28,913 bases of DNA from a virus (Duplodnaviria; Caudoviricetes): the IMG/VR virus record IMGVR_UViG_3300037478_000328, positions 1 to 28,913 of that record. One strand, 5' to 3'. How positions within the stretch are numbered: the first letter of the stretch is position 1; the number at the start of each line of letters is the position of its first letter. The position numbers and the translations under genes were made by a program. Below are positions 14,317-24,166 of the stretch, in pieces. Below the pieces are notes generated by a model, which was not told the DNA's origin, ran no database searches, and saw only the letters and a list, made by a program, of their open reading frames with translations.

Positions 14317-14697
14317 ATGGCCGATTCGCTTACCGTGAAAGCCCAGCTAATTTATTCTCCGGACTCCGCTGAGGAGCTGCCCCTGAACACCGGGCTCCTC
14401 ATCGACACCATAGCCATGACCGGGAGCAGCTACGCCCACTTCCACCAGGTAATTGGCACTTCAGAGGAGCAGGTGGCGATCCCGGCCGATGTGGAGCCGG
14501 GCTATATCCTTCTGAAGAACCTAGATACCACCAACTACATTTTCCTGGGGGCCACCGCAGGAGCCCGGACCGTCCAGCTCTTGGCCGGGGAGCTGGCCCT
14601 TTTCCGCCTTTATAACAACACAGAGCAGGAGCCGACCCTCTACGCTACGGCGGATACGGCCTCCTGTCGCCTAGAGGTTTTCGCCTTCGCCGCCTAA
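14317..14697 (+). CDS. hypothetical, possibly beta-rich virion protein
   Basis: GAGGA SD; ILLKNLDTTNYIFLG...LLAGELALF pattern. Confidence 0.65.
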   Translation: MADSLTVKAQLIYSPDSAEELPLNTGLLIDTIAMTGSSYAHFHQVIGTSEEQVAIPADVEPGYILLKNLDTTNYIFLGATAGARTVQLLAGELALFRLYNNTEQEPTLYATADTASCRLEVFAFAA

Positions 14698-14792
14698 AGC
14701 CTATATTTCCCCTCAGAGCGCATTTCGGCTCTCCCCCTAGGGCGACCCCCTAAAGAGAGGAAAAATCGCTTAGAGAGGAGCTATGAGCGTCT

Positions 14793-15146
14793 ATGTGGAC
14801 ATCAGAACTTAGGGACCCTCATGGGGACTGGATTCCTTCCCCAGATGTTAGGTCGATCTTCAAGGCTGCCCAGAAGCTGAACATGAATCCAGTTTCCGGC
14901 GAAGCCCGAGTAAACAAGGGCATCCCCAAGAATCACGCCCTGAAGGAAGAGATTGATCCTGTGGCGGACTATGAAATCTTCACCCCCCGGTCAGTATCTC
15001 CCCGGGTAAACGATTCTGACACCCCTATTACCTATGTGTGTCAGAAGCGACACAAAACCCAGGTAGCTCCAGGCGCTTACCTCCAGTGCCGGAAGTGTGC
15101 TACAGATAGGCAGAAGCGGTGTCGAGGCCAAGCTCAAACGCACTGA
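14793..15146 (+). CDS. hypothetical protein with C-terminal CxxxH...CxxC
   Basis: CQKRH...CRKC motif; GAGGAG upstream. Confidence 0.55.
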   Translation: MWTSELRDPHGDWIPSPDVRSIFKAAQKLNMNPVSGEARVNKGIPKNHALKEEIDPVADYEIFTPRSVSPRVNDSDTPITYVCQKRHKTQVAPGAYLQCRKCATDRQKRCRGQAQTH

Positions 15147-15709
15147 TTAAAGATATCTTTGGGGTAGGGCCTCAAAAAATTATCCCCCTCCCCCAGAACA
15201 AGGCTCCGAAAAACATGGCTCGAAAGTACAAGCTAACCTACGCCGACAAAGATGCCGTAGTGACCTCCCACATGATGGGGATGTCGGTAAAGCAGATAGC
15301 GGATAAGTTCCACTTTGGCTTAACTACCGTAGAGCAGGTAATTGAGCACTCCAAGACGGAGCCTGATGCCAAGCTCAGGGCGGAGAGATCCCTTGAGCTA
15401 GCCTCAGACATGTTTGACAAGATCAAGCTGATGGTGGCCTCAGTGGACGCAGACTCCATTAAGTCCGCCCTCAAGGCCGGAAAAATTAAAGACGTAGCTC
15501 AATCGGTCCAAATCCTGGACCAAACACGTAAGAACATTCTTGAGGATGTTAAGGAACGATTGGGCTTCGACAATATCGAGAGCGCCTCTGACATTGATGA
15601 GCTTCTCCACAAAATCGGCAAGGTAATCGAAGATACCGAGAAGAAGCTCCAAAGAACCGAGGCCAAGCAGCGCCTGGTTAATGCCGAAAATGGAGACATA
15701 GACCAGTGA
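15119..15709 (+). CDS. putative terminase small subunit
   Basis: N-terminal HTH (GMSVKQIADKFHFGLTTVEQVI) plus helical region, two genes upstream of TerL. Confidence 0.55.
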   Translation: MSRPSSNALIKDIFGVGPQKIIPLPQNKAPKNMARKYKLTYADKDAVVTSHMMGMSVKQIADKFHFGLTTVEQVIEHSKTEPDAKLRAERSLELASDMFDKIKLMVASVDADSIKSALKAGKIKDVAQSVQILDQTRKNILEDVKERLGFDNIESASDIDELLHKIGKVIEDTEKKLQRTEAKQRLVNAENGDIDQ

Positions 15710-15963
15710 AAAAGAAGCTGCACTTTATCACCGTAGGCGTGGAGATTGATTCTGACACGCACTATTTCTGTGACAGGTGGCACCCAATCGTAGAGCCACT
15801 TGGCGACCTGAATATGATACTCAAGGGTACCCCATTCAGAGCCTGCCTCCTCTCCATTATTGACGACAACGGCGGGCTCATGGGAATTACCGACCCAGGC
15901 AGGGAGCCTTTGTCTGGTACCCAGGTAGATGAAGTTTTAAGAGAGCTAGACTATGGCTTCTAA
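15706..15963 (+). CDS. hypothetical protein
   Basis: GTGA overlap upstream, overlaps the TerL start. Confidence 0.55.
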   Translation: MKKKLHFITVGVEIDSDTHYFCDRWHPIVEPLGDLNMILKGTPFRACLLSIIDDNGGLMGITDPGREPLSGTQVDEVLRELDYGF

Positions 15964-17590
15964 TAGTACACGTCTCCGGAAATACTTGAGAGACCCTGAA
16001 AAATTCAAGCAGCTTCTCCAGGATACCGGGGATGTGATCCTCTTGACCAAGCTCAAGCAGCTTGGGGAGATGGTGGATAGCTACACCAAGGTTACGGCTA
16101 ACACCCCAGCCCTGGCGTACCTGCCCAATATTGGCCAAGAGAAGTTCCACAGGGCAAACACACCCCTCCGCGCGATGTTTGCCGGGAATCGGTTCGGCAA
16201 AACTACCGCTCTGGTTCTCGAAATTCTTGCCCTGATGACTGGGTATCGGCCCTGGCTCTCCCCCGATGATCCGGATTACTGGGTGTTTAAGAGCTGGCTG
16301 GAGATTCCCAAGAAGATCCCTGTTCCCAACATTGGTCGCATCTATGTGAACGACTACAAGGCGTGGGAGAGGGACATGGCCCAGCAGTGGGAGAAGTGGG
16401 TTCCTCGCCATCAGTACAAGTACACGAAGAACTCTGCCGGTAACATTGTCAAAATCACTCTTTCTAATCGCTCGGTCGCATACATTATGACCTCCGAGAT
16501 GGATCCGGCTGCTTCCGAGGGTGGAAGTCTGGAGTGGGTGGCCTATAACGAACCCCCGAAGCAGGAGCATTTCATCGCAGCTCAGCGCGGACTCATGGAT
16601 ACCCATGGATTTACCGTTATGGCCATGACTCTTCTCCATCAAGAGCCGTGGATCTATGATGAAATCTATGAGAAGGCTGAGGACGACCCGAAGATGACCG
16701 TGATTCAGGGCTCCTCTATTGACAATCTTGAGGAGAGGGGCGGCATTCTAACCCAGGATGGTATTGACGATTTCGCAAAGTTCCTTACCCCTGAAGAAAA
16801 GGCAGCCCGCCTTCACGGTAAGCCCGTTTACGCCTCCGGCAGAATCTTTAAGCACTACGAAAAGCGAGATCCCTGGTGGATTGATCCTGTCCCACTGGAG
16901 TCTTGGTGGCCTCGGTTCTTTGCCGTAGATCCTCACCCCCGAAAGCCTTTCGGTATGCTCTGGGGGGTGGTAGATCCGCACAGTGATACTCTATACATTG
17001 TTGATGAGTGCTATGATGAGCTGTTGACGACCATTTCAGAGGTCGCCGACAAGATTAACTTCATTGAAACCAAGAAGCTATTTCAAACCTGGGATCCAAG
17101 AACCGAGCAGGTCATCAACTCTTCTCTTGGATCTCCTGCTTTTAGATGGATTGACCCGGCTGGTAACATTACCAATGCCTCGGACAAGAACGTATCCGTG
17201 CGCTCTTCGTTTATGGACCACGGGATTATCTGTACCACGTGGGACAGGGCTGACAAAGAGGCTAGGGTTACTTCGGCCTATGATTGGTTCAAGATCCAGG
17301 ACAGCTCCGGAAAGCCAGCCATCCAAATCTTCAATACGTGTCACAGGCTGGACTTTGAATTGCGTCATTGGTACTGGGATCCAAAAAATGGTAGGCCCAG
17401 GAAGCATAATGATGACTTGATTGACCCTTTGATTGCTTTTGTTTCTGCGGACGTGCGGCTGCTGGCAAAAAAGTTCACCCCCGATCCCAGAAACTACTAC
17501 CGGGAAACGCGCCAGACCTGGAACAAGATGGAGGGGGCTCCACCCCTGTCCTCCCCAGGTCATAGGCGCAGGAGCCAGACAGGTTACTAA
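15953..17590 (+). CDS. terL: terminase large subunit
   Basis: Q motif (GQEKFH), Walker A AGNRFGKT, Walker B-like WVAYNEPP, AMT coupling motif, nuclease AVDPH...WIDPA...NDDLID. Confidence 0.92.
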   Translation: MASNSTRLRKYLRDPEKFKQLLQDTGDVILLTKLKQLGEMVDSYTKVTANTPALAYLPNIGQEKFHRANTPLRAMFAGNRFGKTTALVLEILALMTGYRPWLSPDDPDYWVFKSWLEIPKKIPVPNIGRIYVNDYKAWERDMAQQWEKWVPRHQYKYTKNSAGNIVKITLSNRSVAYIMTSEMDPAASEGGSLEWVAYNEPPKQEHFIAAQRGLMDTHGFTVMAMTLLHQEPWIYDEIYEKAEDDPKMTVIQGSSIDNLEERGGILTQDGIDDFAKFLTPEEKAARLHGKPVYASGRIFKHYEKRDPWWIDPVPLESWWPRFFAVDPHPRKPFGMLWGVVDPHSDTLYIVDECYDELLTTISEVADKINFIETKKLFQTWDPRTEQVINSSLGSPAFRWIDPAGNITNASDKNVSVRSSFMDHGIICTTWDRADKEARVTSAYDWFKIQDSSGKPAIQIFNTCHRLDFELRHWYWDPKNGRPRKHNDDLIDPLIAFVSADVRLLAKKFTPDPRNYYRETRQTWNKMEGAPPLSSPGHRRRSQTGY

Positions 17591-19851
17591 TGGTTAATCC
17601 TGAACAGCTAGAAGAACTTCAGATATTGATCCGCCAAGATCGGCAGCACGCCAGACGCGAGAGGTCCGAGTGGGAGGACGGGCTCGCGGTAAAGCGGCGT
17701 CTCTATGCCGGTGAGCCCGACACTGAGCGTACGCTGCCTTGGCTAAATGCTGCCAACGTGAACTTGGATGTGATCGGGGATACGGTGGATGATTTCACCG
17801 CCCGTACGATGGCTATGCTATTCGGGGACCTGAAGTGGGCTCCTATGGCTCCTGTCTCTGGGGAATCTGGAGAGTCTCTCACCCTAGGTGAAGACTTCAT
17901 GCAGTGGGCTCTTCAGGTGGATATGAAAATCTGGGGAGACTCCGAGGCCATTGTAAAAGAGGCTTCCATTCTGGGCAACGCTTTCGTCTATCTATCGTGG
18001 GAGACGAAGAAGCGAACCACCCTTGAGTGCCGCTATGAACCCAGAGTTATTGATGGCATGACCATCCCCACCAATCCCACTGTTAAAGATTTGTTTAAGA
18101 AAGTATTCGGGGACATCCAGCAGGGTAACCACAGAGTTCTTGACTCCGATACGAACACGTATTTGGTGCTGCTTAAAGAGGCTGGCCGAGAGCATTATGC
18201 CACAGTCACCATTGATTGGGAACCAGAAGATCGTCTAGACGAGATCAAGCTGGAGATCGTTCGGGAGGAGATCGTAAAGAACTCCCCCCGTCTTATGCTC
18301 CTTGAGCCTACGCGAGTTTACTTTACTGACGTTGGCAGCCTCCAGGAGTCTCCCTTTCTCCATTTAGAGTTTGATGTAGACCTTGACTGGCTTAAGCGAA
18401 AGCGTGCCAAGGGGGATCTTAACCAGCTCTCCGATGAGGATTGGGACCGTATTGCTCAAGATCAGCAGGTCTTGAAGAAGCAATCCACTAACCGATCCGA
18501 AGATGAGAGGGAAAAAGACCGCATCTCCGGAATGGACACGGATACCCAAGCATCCCGTAGTCGCCCTATCTTGATTTGCTTCTATCGCTATGACATCAAC
18601 AACGATGGGTTTGACGAGGAGATTGTTGTTGAGTATGATCTGAACCTGAACATCGTTCTGTCCGTGGACTACCTGGAGCGGCGCTACCCCCACGGTATGC
18701 GCCCGGTGATTGACTTCAAGATCATGCAGACTGCGGGCCGAATCTACGGTCCCTCTCTCCCCGAGATTCTCTGGAATCAGCAGATCATGGTGAACACGCT
18801 GATTAACCAGGCGATTGACGGGCAAAGCATCCGGAACACTCCATTTTTCTTCTTCGGTAAGGGCACGGGCCTTAACGATCGGGAGCAGATTCCTCTTCGC
18901 CCAGGCATCGGAATTGGAATTAACCAGGACAATCCAGGTCAGCATATCCTCCCAGTGACTCTTTCTGGACAGTCTCTTGATGGTCTCATGCCCTTTGTTT
19001 CAAATCTAGTTGACTTCATGGATCGTCGCTCTGGTAGGGCAGACACCATTGGAGGTGCCAACCGCCGAGGATCACAAGGTACTTCCCCCCATGCCCGAAC
19101 TTTTGGTGGCCAGACTCTTGTTCAGCAGGAAGGGCTCATCCGAATTGAGCACATGGTTACCATGCTGGCCTGTGGCGGGCAGGGGAACTGCGGTGGGTTC
19201 AATGAACTGTACCACCAAATTTGGGACCTATATGCCTTAATGATGCCTCTTGAGATGAAGATTATGGTGACAGGTAAGGATACTCCCCAGACGGTGCGCC
19301 GTTCGGATCTTAGGATGCGTCCTCACTTCATGTTCTCTATCAATATGCTTTCCGCCTCCCCCGTGGTCAGACGCCAGGATGCTCTGATGCTTTATCAGAA
19401 TCTCAAGGGTGACTTTGTGGGTCAAGGGGCTCTTGTTGAGTACCGGAATCTAGTTGAACGACTCCTTAGGGCCTATGACATAGAGAACCCGCAGCAGCTA
19501 ATTCCTTCCATTCCAACGATGCTCAAGAGGGCTCCCATGCCGCCGGAGATGGAAAACCAAATCCTCATGGCCCAGACGCCTTTGGATGTGCTCCCCATTG
19601 ATGATGATGCCTCCCACATCCAAAGCCATATGCAGTTCAAGCAGGATATGCGGGATACCGGAGCGTTCTGGCCTGACTCCTTTATGACTCTTGACCAGCA
19701 CATTGCCGATCAGATTGCCCAGCTTGAGCAGAAGGAACAGGCGGCTGCAACCCAGGCTAACTCTGGGGGCAGGCCGATGGGTGGAGAACGTAGAACGCCA
19801 GGACAGATGAGACAGCCTAGGCCTTCGGCTGGAGGTACTTTTGCAACTTGA
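17590..19851 (+). CDS. portal protein (P22/podovirus-like)
   Basis: 753 aa after TerL; ILGNAFVYLSW, GRIYGPSLPEIL..QQ..VN.LINQAID, DDDASHIQSH, Q-rich tail. Confidence 0.85.
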   Translation: MVNPEQLEELQILIRQDRQHARRERSEWEDGLAVKRRLYAGEPDTERTLPWLNAANVNLDVIGDTVDDFTARTMAMLFGDLKWAPMAPVSGESGESLTLGEDFMQWALQVDMKIWGDSEAIVKEASILGNAFVYLSWETKKRTTLECRYEPRVIDGMTIPTNPTVKDLFKKVFGDIQQGNHRVLDSDTNTYLVLLKEAGREHYATVTIDWEPEDRLDEIKLEIVREEIVKNSPRLMLLEPTRVYFTDVGSLQESPFLHLEFDVDLDWLKRKRAKGDLNQLSDEDWDRIAQDQQVLKKQSTNRSEDEREKDRISGMDTDTQASRSRPILICFYRYDINNDGFDEEIVVEYDLNLNIVLSVDYLERRYPHGMRPVIDFKIMQTAGRIYGPSLPEILWNQQIMVNTLINQAIDGQSIRNTPFFFFGKGTGLNDREQIPLRPGIGIGINQDNPGQHILPVTLSGQSLDGLMPFVSNLVDFMDRRSGRADTIGGANRRGSQGTSPHARTFGGQTLVQQEGLIRIEHMVTMLACGGQGNCGGFNELYHQIWDLYALMMPLEMKIMVTGKDTPQTVRRSDLRMRPHFMFSINMLSASPVVRRQDALMLYQNLKGDFVGQGALVEYRNLVERLLRAYDIENPQQLIPSIPTMLKRAPMPPEMENQILMAQTPLDVLPIDDDASHIQSHMQFKQDMRDTGAFWPDSFMTLDQHIADQIAQLEQKEQAAATQANSGGRPMGGERRTPGQMRQPRPSAGGTFAT

Positions 19852-20098
19852 TCCTGAAAAATTGGCTGAGCTGGATAGGGCCTTAGCTATTGAAGCTCTT
19901 ATGGAGTACCCTGAGTGGTCTAAGTTTGTTGAACAGCTTCAGACCAAGATGGAAGCTATTAATAACCGAGTGCTCACTAATTGCCTAGAAATGCGCGTCT
20001 ACGACTGGTGTAGAGGTAACAGTTCTGCTTTATTGGAGATCACTGACGATCTCTACATGTGGATTGAACAGGTAAAAAGGGACAATGGATATGAATGA
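19841..20098 (+). CDS. small helical protein downstream of portal
   Basis: GGAGG SD before TTG; PEWSKF...RG pattern typical of post-portal genes. Confidence 0.6.
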   Translation: MQLDPEKLAELDRALAIEALMEYPEWSKFVEQLQTKMEAINNRVLTNCLEMRVYDWCRGNSSALLEITDDLYMWIEQVKRDNGYE

Positions 20099-20348
20099 TA
20101 TGGAGATTCTCGGAGCCCTGTGGGTTGGCGGAGCGTTGTTCATTGGCAATATTCTTAAGAAGCATACGCCGATTGACAATGATTCTATTCCCTGGGTGCT
20201 CGCAATTTTGGGCGGTGTGACTGGCTGGGGGATTTCAGCAATCCCAGGAGCCATTGACATCGGATTTTTCAAGGGCGTGGCCTTAGCTATGGCCGCCTCC
20301 CCGGTACAGAAGGTTGCTCAGGCAATCACCTCAAAGGATGGTAAGTAG
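20085..20348 (+). CDS. holin-like membrane protein
   Basis: Three hydrophobic segments; IGNILKKHTPIDNDSIPWVLAILG resembles Dp-1-type holins. Confidence 0.65.
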   Translation: MDMNDMEILGALWVGGALFIGNILKKHTPIDNDSIPWVLAILGGVTGWGISAIPGAIDIGFFKGVALAMAASPVQKVAQAITSKDGK

Positions 20349-20349
20349 T

Positions 20350-20616
20350 ATGCCGATGAAGACTCCCCTTGGAGCCAATCGAGGTAGGCGGCGAGGAGGG
20401 AAGACCCCCACCCTCACCCAGCGGGCCAACAGCGCAGGAGTTCTTCCCGCCGAAGCCCGGGCTACCTCACGAGCCATTGCCGCTTATTTCCCTGGAGGGC
20501 TTTCTAAGGCTGAGAGCCGTTTTGCCCAGGGAGCAGGTGGTCAGGATCTCGGGAAGATTCGAGAAGTAATCACGCGAGCCCGCAAGGCCAACAAGAAGAA
20601 TAAGAAGAAGTACTAA
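20350..20616 (+). CDS. small basic protein
   Basis: R/K-rich 88 aa; ATG 1 nt after the upstream stop. Confidence 0.55.
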   Translation: MPMKTPLGANRGRRRGGKTPTLTQRANSAGVLPAEARATSRAIAAYFPGGLSKAESRFAQGAGGQDLGKIREVITRARKANKKNKKKY

Positions 20617-20618
20617 AA

Positions 20619-21395
20619 ATGTCAGAATCCAACACCCCTCCGGTTGAGGGTCAGATGCCGGAAAACGAAAATACTCCTTCGGATCAGCCTACCCTGCAGC
20701 ATGATCCGGATGTATATGATGAGCGGGGAGTTCCTTGGCGGAATGTGGCGGCCGAGGCTCGTCGAAAGGCGGACCAACATCGGCAGCAGTACAACGAGCT
20801 TCTCCAGGAAATCCAGGTAGAGGCCCAGCAGCCACAGATGGTACCCCCACAGGCGCAGGTACCTACTCCAGCCTCGTATGCTCCTTCTATGCCTGTACAG
20901 AACGGAAACCACCTTCAGCAGATGGTGCAGACTCAGGTAGCGCAGCAGATGGCCCAGATTAATCAACAGCGGCAGTTTGAGCAGGAGGTATCCGCAGCGG
21001 AGAATCGTGTTTATCAGACCTTTGGTAAGCCCGACGATCCCAGCAATGCTGACTTCTATCAGGCTGTACAGCACGAGATTACTCTGGAGGCCCGTAGGTC
21101 TGGTGGTCGGCTTGCCGATCCACGACTTATTGAGCTTGCTGCCTATCGAGTCCACAACCAAATGCAGCGCAACATCCCTAACCCACCCGTCAACGGCGCG
21201 GTACCACCCCCACAGGGTTCACCCCCGCCGCAGAAGCGTAGTTCGGTTCCTAAGCAGGAAGAGTCTCCCCTCTCCCATCTTCAGGAGCACGCTATTGAGA
21301 GTCTCGGGCTGTCCAAGGAAAAGGTGGCCGAGTTTATCAAGAACGACGCTGGTTGGTCGAACAGGGGTAAGCGAATGAATCGGTGGGGTATTTAA
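20619..21395 (+). CDS. putative capsid scaffolding protein
   Basis: Acidic/Pro/Gln-rich, VPW..V motif, coiled coil, C-terminal LSHLQEHAIESLGLSKEKV; between portal and capsid. Confidence 0.7.
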   Translation: MSESNTPPVEGQMPENENTPSDQPTLQHDPDVYDERGVPWRNVAAEARRKADQHRQQYNELLQEIQVEAQQPQMVPPQAQVPTPASYAPSMPVQNGNHLQQMVQTQVAQQMAQINQQRQFEQEVSAAENRVYQTFGKPDDPSNADFYQAVQHEITLEARRSGGRLADPRLIELAAYRVHNQMQRNIPNPPVNGAVPPPQGSPPPQKRSSVPKQEESPLSHLQEHAIESLGLSKEKVAEFIKNDAGWSNRGKRMNRWGI

Positions 21396-21949
21396 TGTCA
21401 AATCCTAACATGCAGTTTCACGACTGGACGCCTCCTGAGGCGGCCGAGGTTCCTTCCGTTTATCGTAAGGCTCATCCCGATATGTCATTTCGATGGCTCC
21501 ATGAAGGGGTGATTAGCCAGCAAGGTATGCGGCACTTTCAGTTTGTCGAGAAGCATCCGTCGGATCCTATGTCGTACCCGGATAGTCGGGTTCGTCGGGG
21601 GGATCTGTGCTTGGCCATGATGCCAAAGAAGATGAACGACAAGCGTAACCAGTACTACCAGGATCGCCGAGATCGGCGTCTGTCTTCTGTGCGCCGTGGG
21701 GGGGCTATGGCCCGGCCTATGGCGGAGATGCTGAAGAGGAACCCAGGTATGGCTGGTATGGTGCGCCGCACCTTTGTAACGGATGGATCTGAGGAAGTTG
21801 ACGAGTTTAAGACTGCTTCCTACGATAGCCCCTCCAGCGCCGTTGAGCTAATCCACGAGCGTGCAGAAGAGGCTAAGGAGGCTGGGCTGCCGTCGCTTGA
21901 CGAGCTTCAGGCTGACATCCGTCGTGAGCAGAAAGAGAAAAAGAAGTAA
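21395..21949 (+). CDS. conserved head-region hypothetical protein
   Basis: SFRWL...RRGDLCLAMMPK; TAATG coupling on both sides. Confidence 0.65.
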   Translation: MSNPNMQFHDWTPPEAAEVPSVYRKAHPDMSFRWLHEGVISQQGMRHFQFVEKHPSDPMSYPDSRVRRGDLCLAMMPKKMNDKRNQYYQDRRDRRLSSVRRGGAMARPMAEMLKRNPGMAGMVRRTFVTDGSEEVDEFKTASYDSPSSAVELIHERAEEAKEAGLPSLDELQADIRREQKEKKK

Positions 21950-22479
21950 TGGCTTACGACAATGCTAAGGGGTTTCAGCTCATTGGCAACTCGTATAACT
22001 ATGATATCTTCGATATGACGGTTAACGATTCCGATGAGGTTTGGGATGGGGATCTTCTCCAGCCCTCCCCCACTCTCGGTGAGGTAGATCGCTACCTTCA
22101 CGGGGGCACCAACGGTACGGCCGATGATCCTTGTGTGGGGATCGCAATGGCTCATGTGCTCCAGGATTCCACCGGTACTAAGGTGGTTCCTGTGTGCATT
22201 GATATCAATGCTCGGTTCCGTATCCAGGTGTCTGACGCTGGTACCGCTATTGCGGCCACCGACCAATGGGCTCGGTTCCACCCGGCCTATTCCGGTGACC
22301 CCGATGGTGACTTTTCGAACATGGAGCTTGCCACCACGATCGACAATACGAACGGTCAGGTGTGGCTGCTCGGCATCATTTCTGGTCCGGAGCCCGGAGG
22401 AGGCCTTAAGCCTGACTTCGGCGCGGATCTGGCCACGGCAATTGTGAAGCTCGCCCCCGGCGCGCTTTACTGGAGTTAA
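21949..22479 (+). CDS. putative capsid decoration/minor head protein
   Basis: GDLL...VGIAM...ARFRIQ pattern, immediately upstream of the major capsid gene. Confidence 0.55.
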   Translation: MAYDNAKGFQLIGNSYNYDIFDMTVNDSDEVWDGDLLQPSPTLGEVDRYLHGGTNGTADDPCVGIAMAHVLQDSTGTKVVPVCIDINARFRIQVSDAGTAIAATDQWARFHPAYSGDPDGDFSNMELATTIDNTNGQVWLLGIISGPEPGGGLKPDFGADLATAIVKLAPGALYWS

Positions 22480-22494
22480 AGGAAGGAGTCAGTA

Positions 22495-23430
22495 ATGGCA
22501 GGTCCTGCACAGCGAGTTCATTACGGGGATATCTTCCTTGAGTTCCTTCCCCTAATGCGATACGTGGCCTTTAATCAGTACATGGAGTATGCTCCGCAGT
22601 TCTCTAAGTACTGGTCTGTCCAGGGAACTACCGATCCGTTTAACAACTACACCGGCGTCTCCCCTCTGGGTGTGCCCGATGTTGTTGATGAGCGAGATCC
22701 TATTCCGCTGGATCGTCCCCAGCAGCTCTATGACAAGAAGCTTCAGCCTCTGAAGTATGGTCTTGGTGTGGAGCTTTCTCGGGAGACTATGGACGACGAT
22801 AAGTTCGGTATCTTTACTCAGATGGGTACTCTTCTCGCCAAGGCGTTTCGGTACTCGGACGAGATTCTGGCGGCTGATGTGGCGGATAATTCGCATCTCA
22901 CCACGTCTTCCAGCTACACGTCGGCGGACGGTAGCGCGATTCACTCGACTACCCATCCGATTGACGGTGGGGCGGCCACTGCCTCTAACCGTCTTGCCAC
23001 TAATGCGGATCTCTCCATGTCCTCGCTGAACACTCTTCAGCGGCTCATGGAGGAGACCCCTGATGATCGTGGTAACCTTACCATGGTTATTGCCAATGAG
23101 CTTGTGGTGCCGACTGAGCTTCGCCATATCGCGGCGACTCTCATTCGTTCTTCGGATGACCCGGATACCACGGATCGTTCTGTGTCTCCTCTTGTTGATG
23201 ACAGCCTCTCCTATTCGGTCTGGCGTCATCTTACGGATCCTGATGCCTTCTTCCTCTGGTCTGACATGACCCCTGGGGTTGGCTGGACCTGGCTGGTTCG
23301 TCAGGCGTTCGATCTGGACGATGACATCAACATCCGAAACCAGACCTCTATTGTTGTTGCGACCGATCGCAAGGACTTTGGGGTGATGGAGTGGCGCGGT
23401 ACTGCTAAGTCTACCGGTGGCGGTAGCTAA
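22495..23430 (+). CDS. major capsid protein (Mu gpT-like, HK97 fold)
   Basis: Strong SD AAGGAAGGAG; KYGLGVELSRETMDDD, ADGSAIHSTTHP, LVVPTEL, LTDPDAFFL, FGVMEWRG. Confidence 0.88.
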   Translation: MAGPAQRVHYGDIFLEFLPLMRYVAFNQYMEYAPQFSKYWSVQGTTDPFNNYTGVSPLGVPDVVDERDPIPLDRPQQLYDKKLQPLKYGLGVELSRETMDDDKFGIFTQMGTLLAKAFRYSDEILAADVADNSHLTTSSSYTSADGSAIHSTTHPIDGGAATASNRLATNADLSMSSLNTLQRLMEETPDDRGNLTMVIANELVVPTELRHIAATLIRSSDDPDTTDRSVSPLVDDSLSYSVWRHLTDPDAFFLWSDMTPGVGWTWLVRQAFDLDDDINIRNQTSIVVATDRKDFGVMEWRGTAKSTGGGS

Positions 23431-23442
23431 CAAAAAGGAGGA

Positions 23443-23468
23443 GGGGCGGGGAAACAGGTCTCCGCTCC
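23443..23468 (+). other. GC-rich hairpin downstream of the capsid gene
   Basis: GGGGCGGGGA-AACAGG-TCTCCGCTCC, 10 bp with two G-U pairs; no U tract. Confidence 0.5.
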
Positions 23469-23546
23469 CAATCTCTGTGGAATTTCTCTTAATTGCATTA
23501 TGCATAATTGATCTGCTTTGGTGGATCAGAAAGTGACTTAAAGTAA

Positions 23547-24149
23547 GTGGCATACTCGAAGAAGCCCTGGTACGGGGATAACATCTCCAAGTTTTACCCG
23601 GCGCAGTTTTTCATTTCGCAGCTCACAAGCGCGGCTCAGACGTTCGATCACTTTGGAGTCGGTGCCCCCATTACTACCACGGAGCTTGGTACCGCCTCGG
23701 GGCTTACTGGATTTGCTGTTGCGGCTGATGGCGACAGCTTTATCCTTCCGTGGCTCATCCCGTCCGATTGTAGCCTGGACGGGGGGCGGCATGACATTTG
23801 GATCTATCCTTGGTGTCACATCGCTTCTGCTGCTGTGTCTGGTGATGGTGCCGATTGGACGGTAGCCTATACTGCCCACGACGGTTCAACCGCCGCTGTT
23901 GACCCGGCCACCACGACCGGGGTTACGGCTGGAGAGCTTACGTGGGCTGCTGATGAGGCGCTTACCCGGGCCTCTCTTGGAATCAAGCTGGATCTTTCGG
24001 CTGCTACGACCATCGTAGATGGTACCACGAAGATGCTGGCCCTTGAGATCATCTGCTCTGATATTGATGGGGCTGGATCTGCTGGTTTCGCCACCAACGA
24101 GCAGACGCTCATTGGCGTTGAAATCGTGTACAACGTGCCGCAGACCTAA
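23547..24149 (+). CDS. putative virion structural protein
   Basis: 200 aa, A/T/G/D-rich, GTG start, within late operon. Confidence 0.65.
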   Translation: MAYSKKPWYGDNISKFYPAQFFISQLTSAAQTFDHFGVGAPITTTELGTASGLTGFAVAADGDSFILPWLIPSDCSLDGGRHDIWIYPWCHIASAAVSGDGADWTVAYTAHDGSTAAVDPATTTGVTAGELTWAADEALTRASLGIKLDLSAATTIVDGTTKMLALEIICSDIDGAGSAGFATNEQTLIGVEIVYNVPQT

Positions 24150-24166
24150 CAACTGGAGGGCGGGAG

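Noticed and set aside
15887-16642. 251-aa antisense ORF and other minus-strand ORFs in the late arm
   Set aside because: Overlap well-supported terminase, portal and structural genes; no recognisable domains
23400-23550. Capsid C-terminal extension by readthrough or frameshift into the next gene
   Set aside because: An in-frame TAA directly precedes the downstream GTG and no slippery site is evident
22552-23553. 333-aa antisense ORF opposite the major capsid gene
   Set aside because: Shadow of a codon-biased gene; no motifs, and it opposes the operon direction
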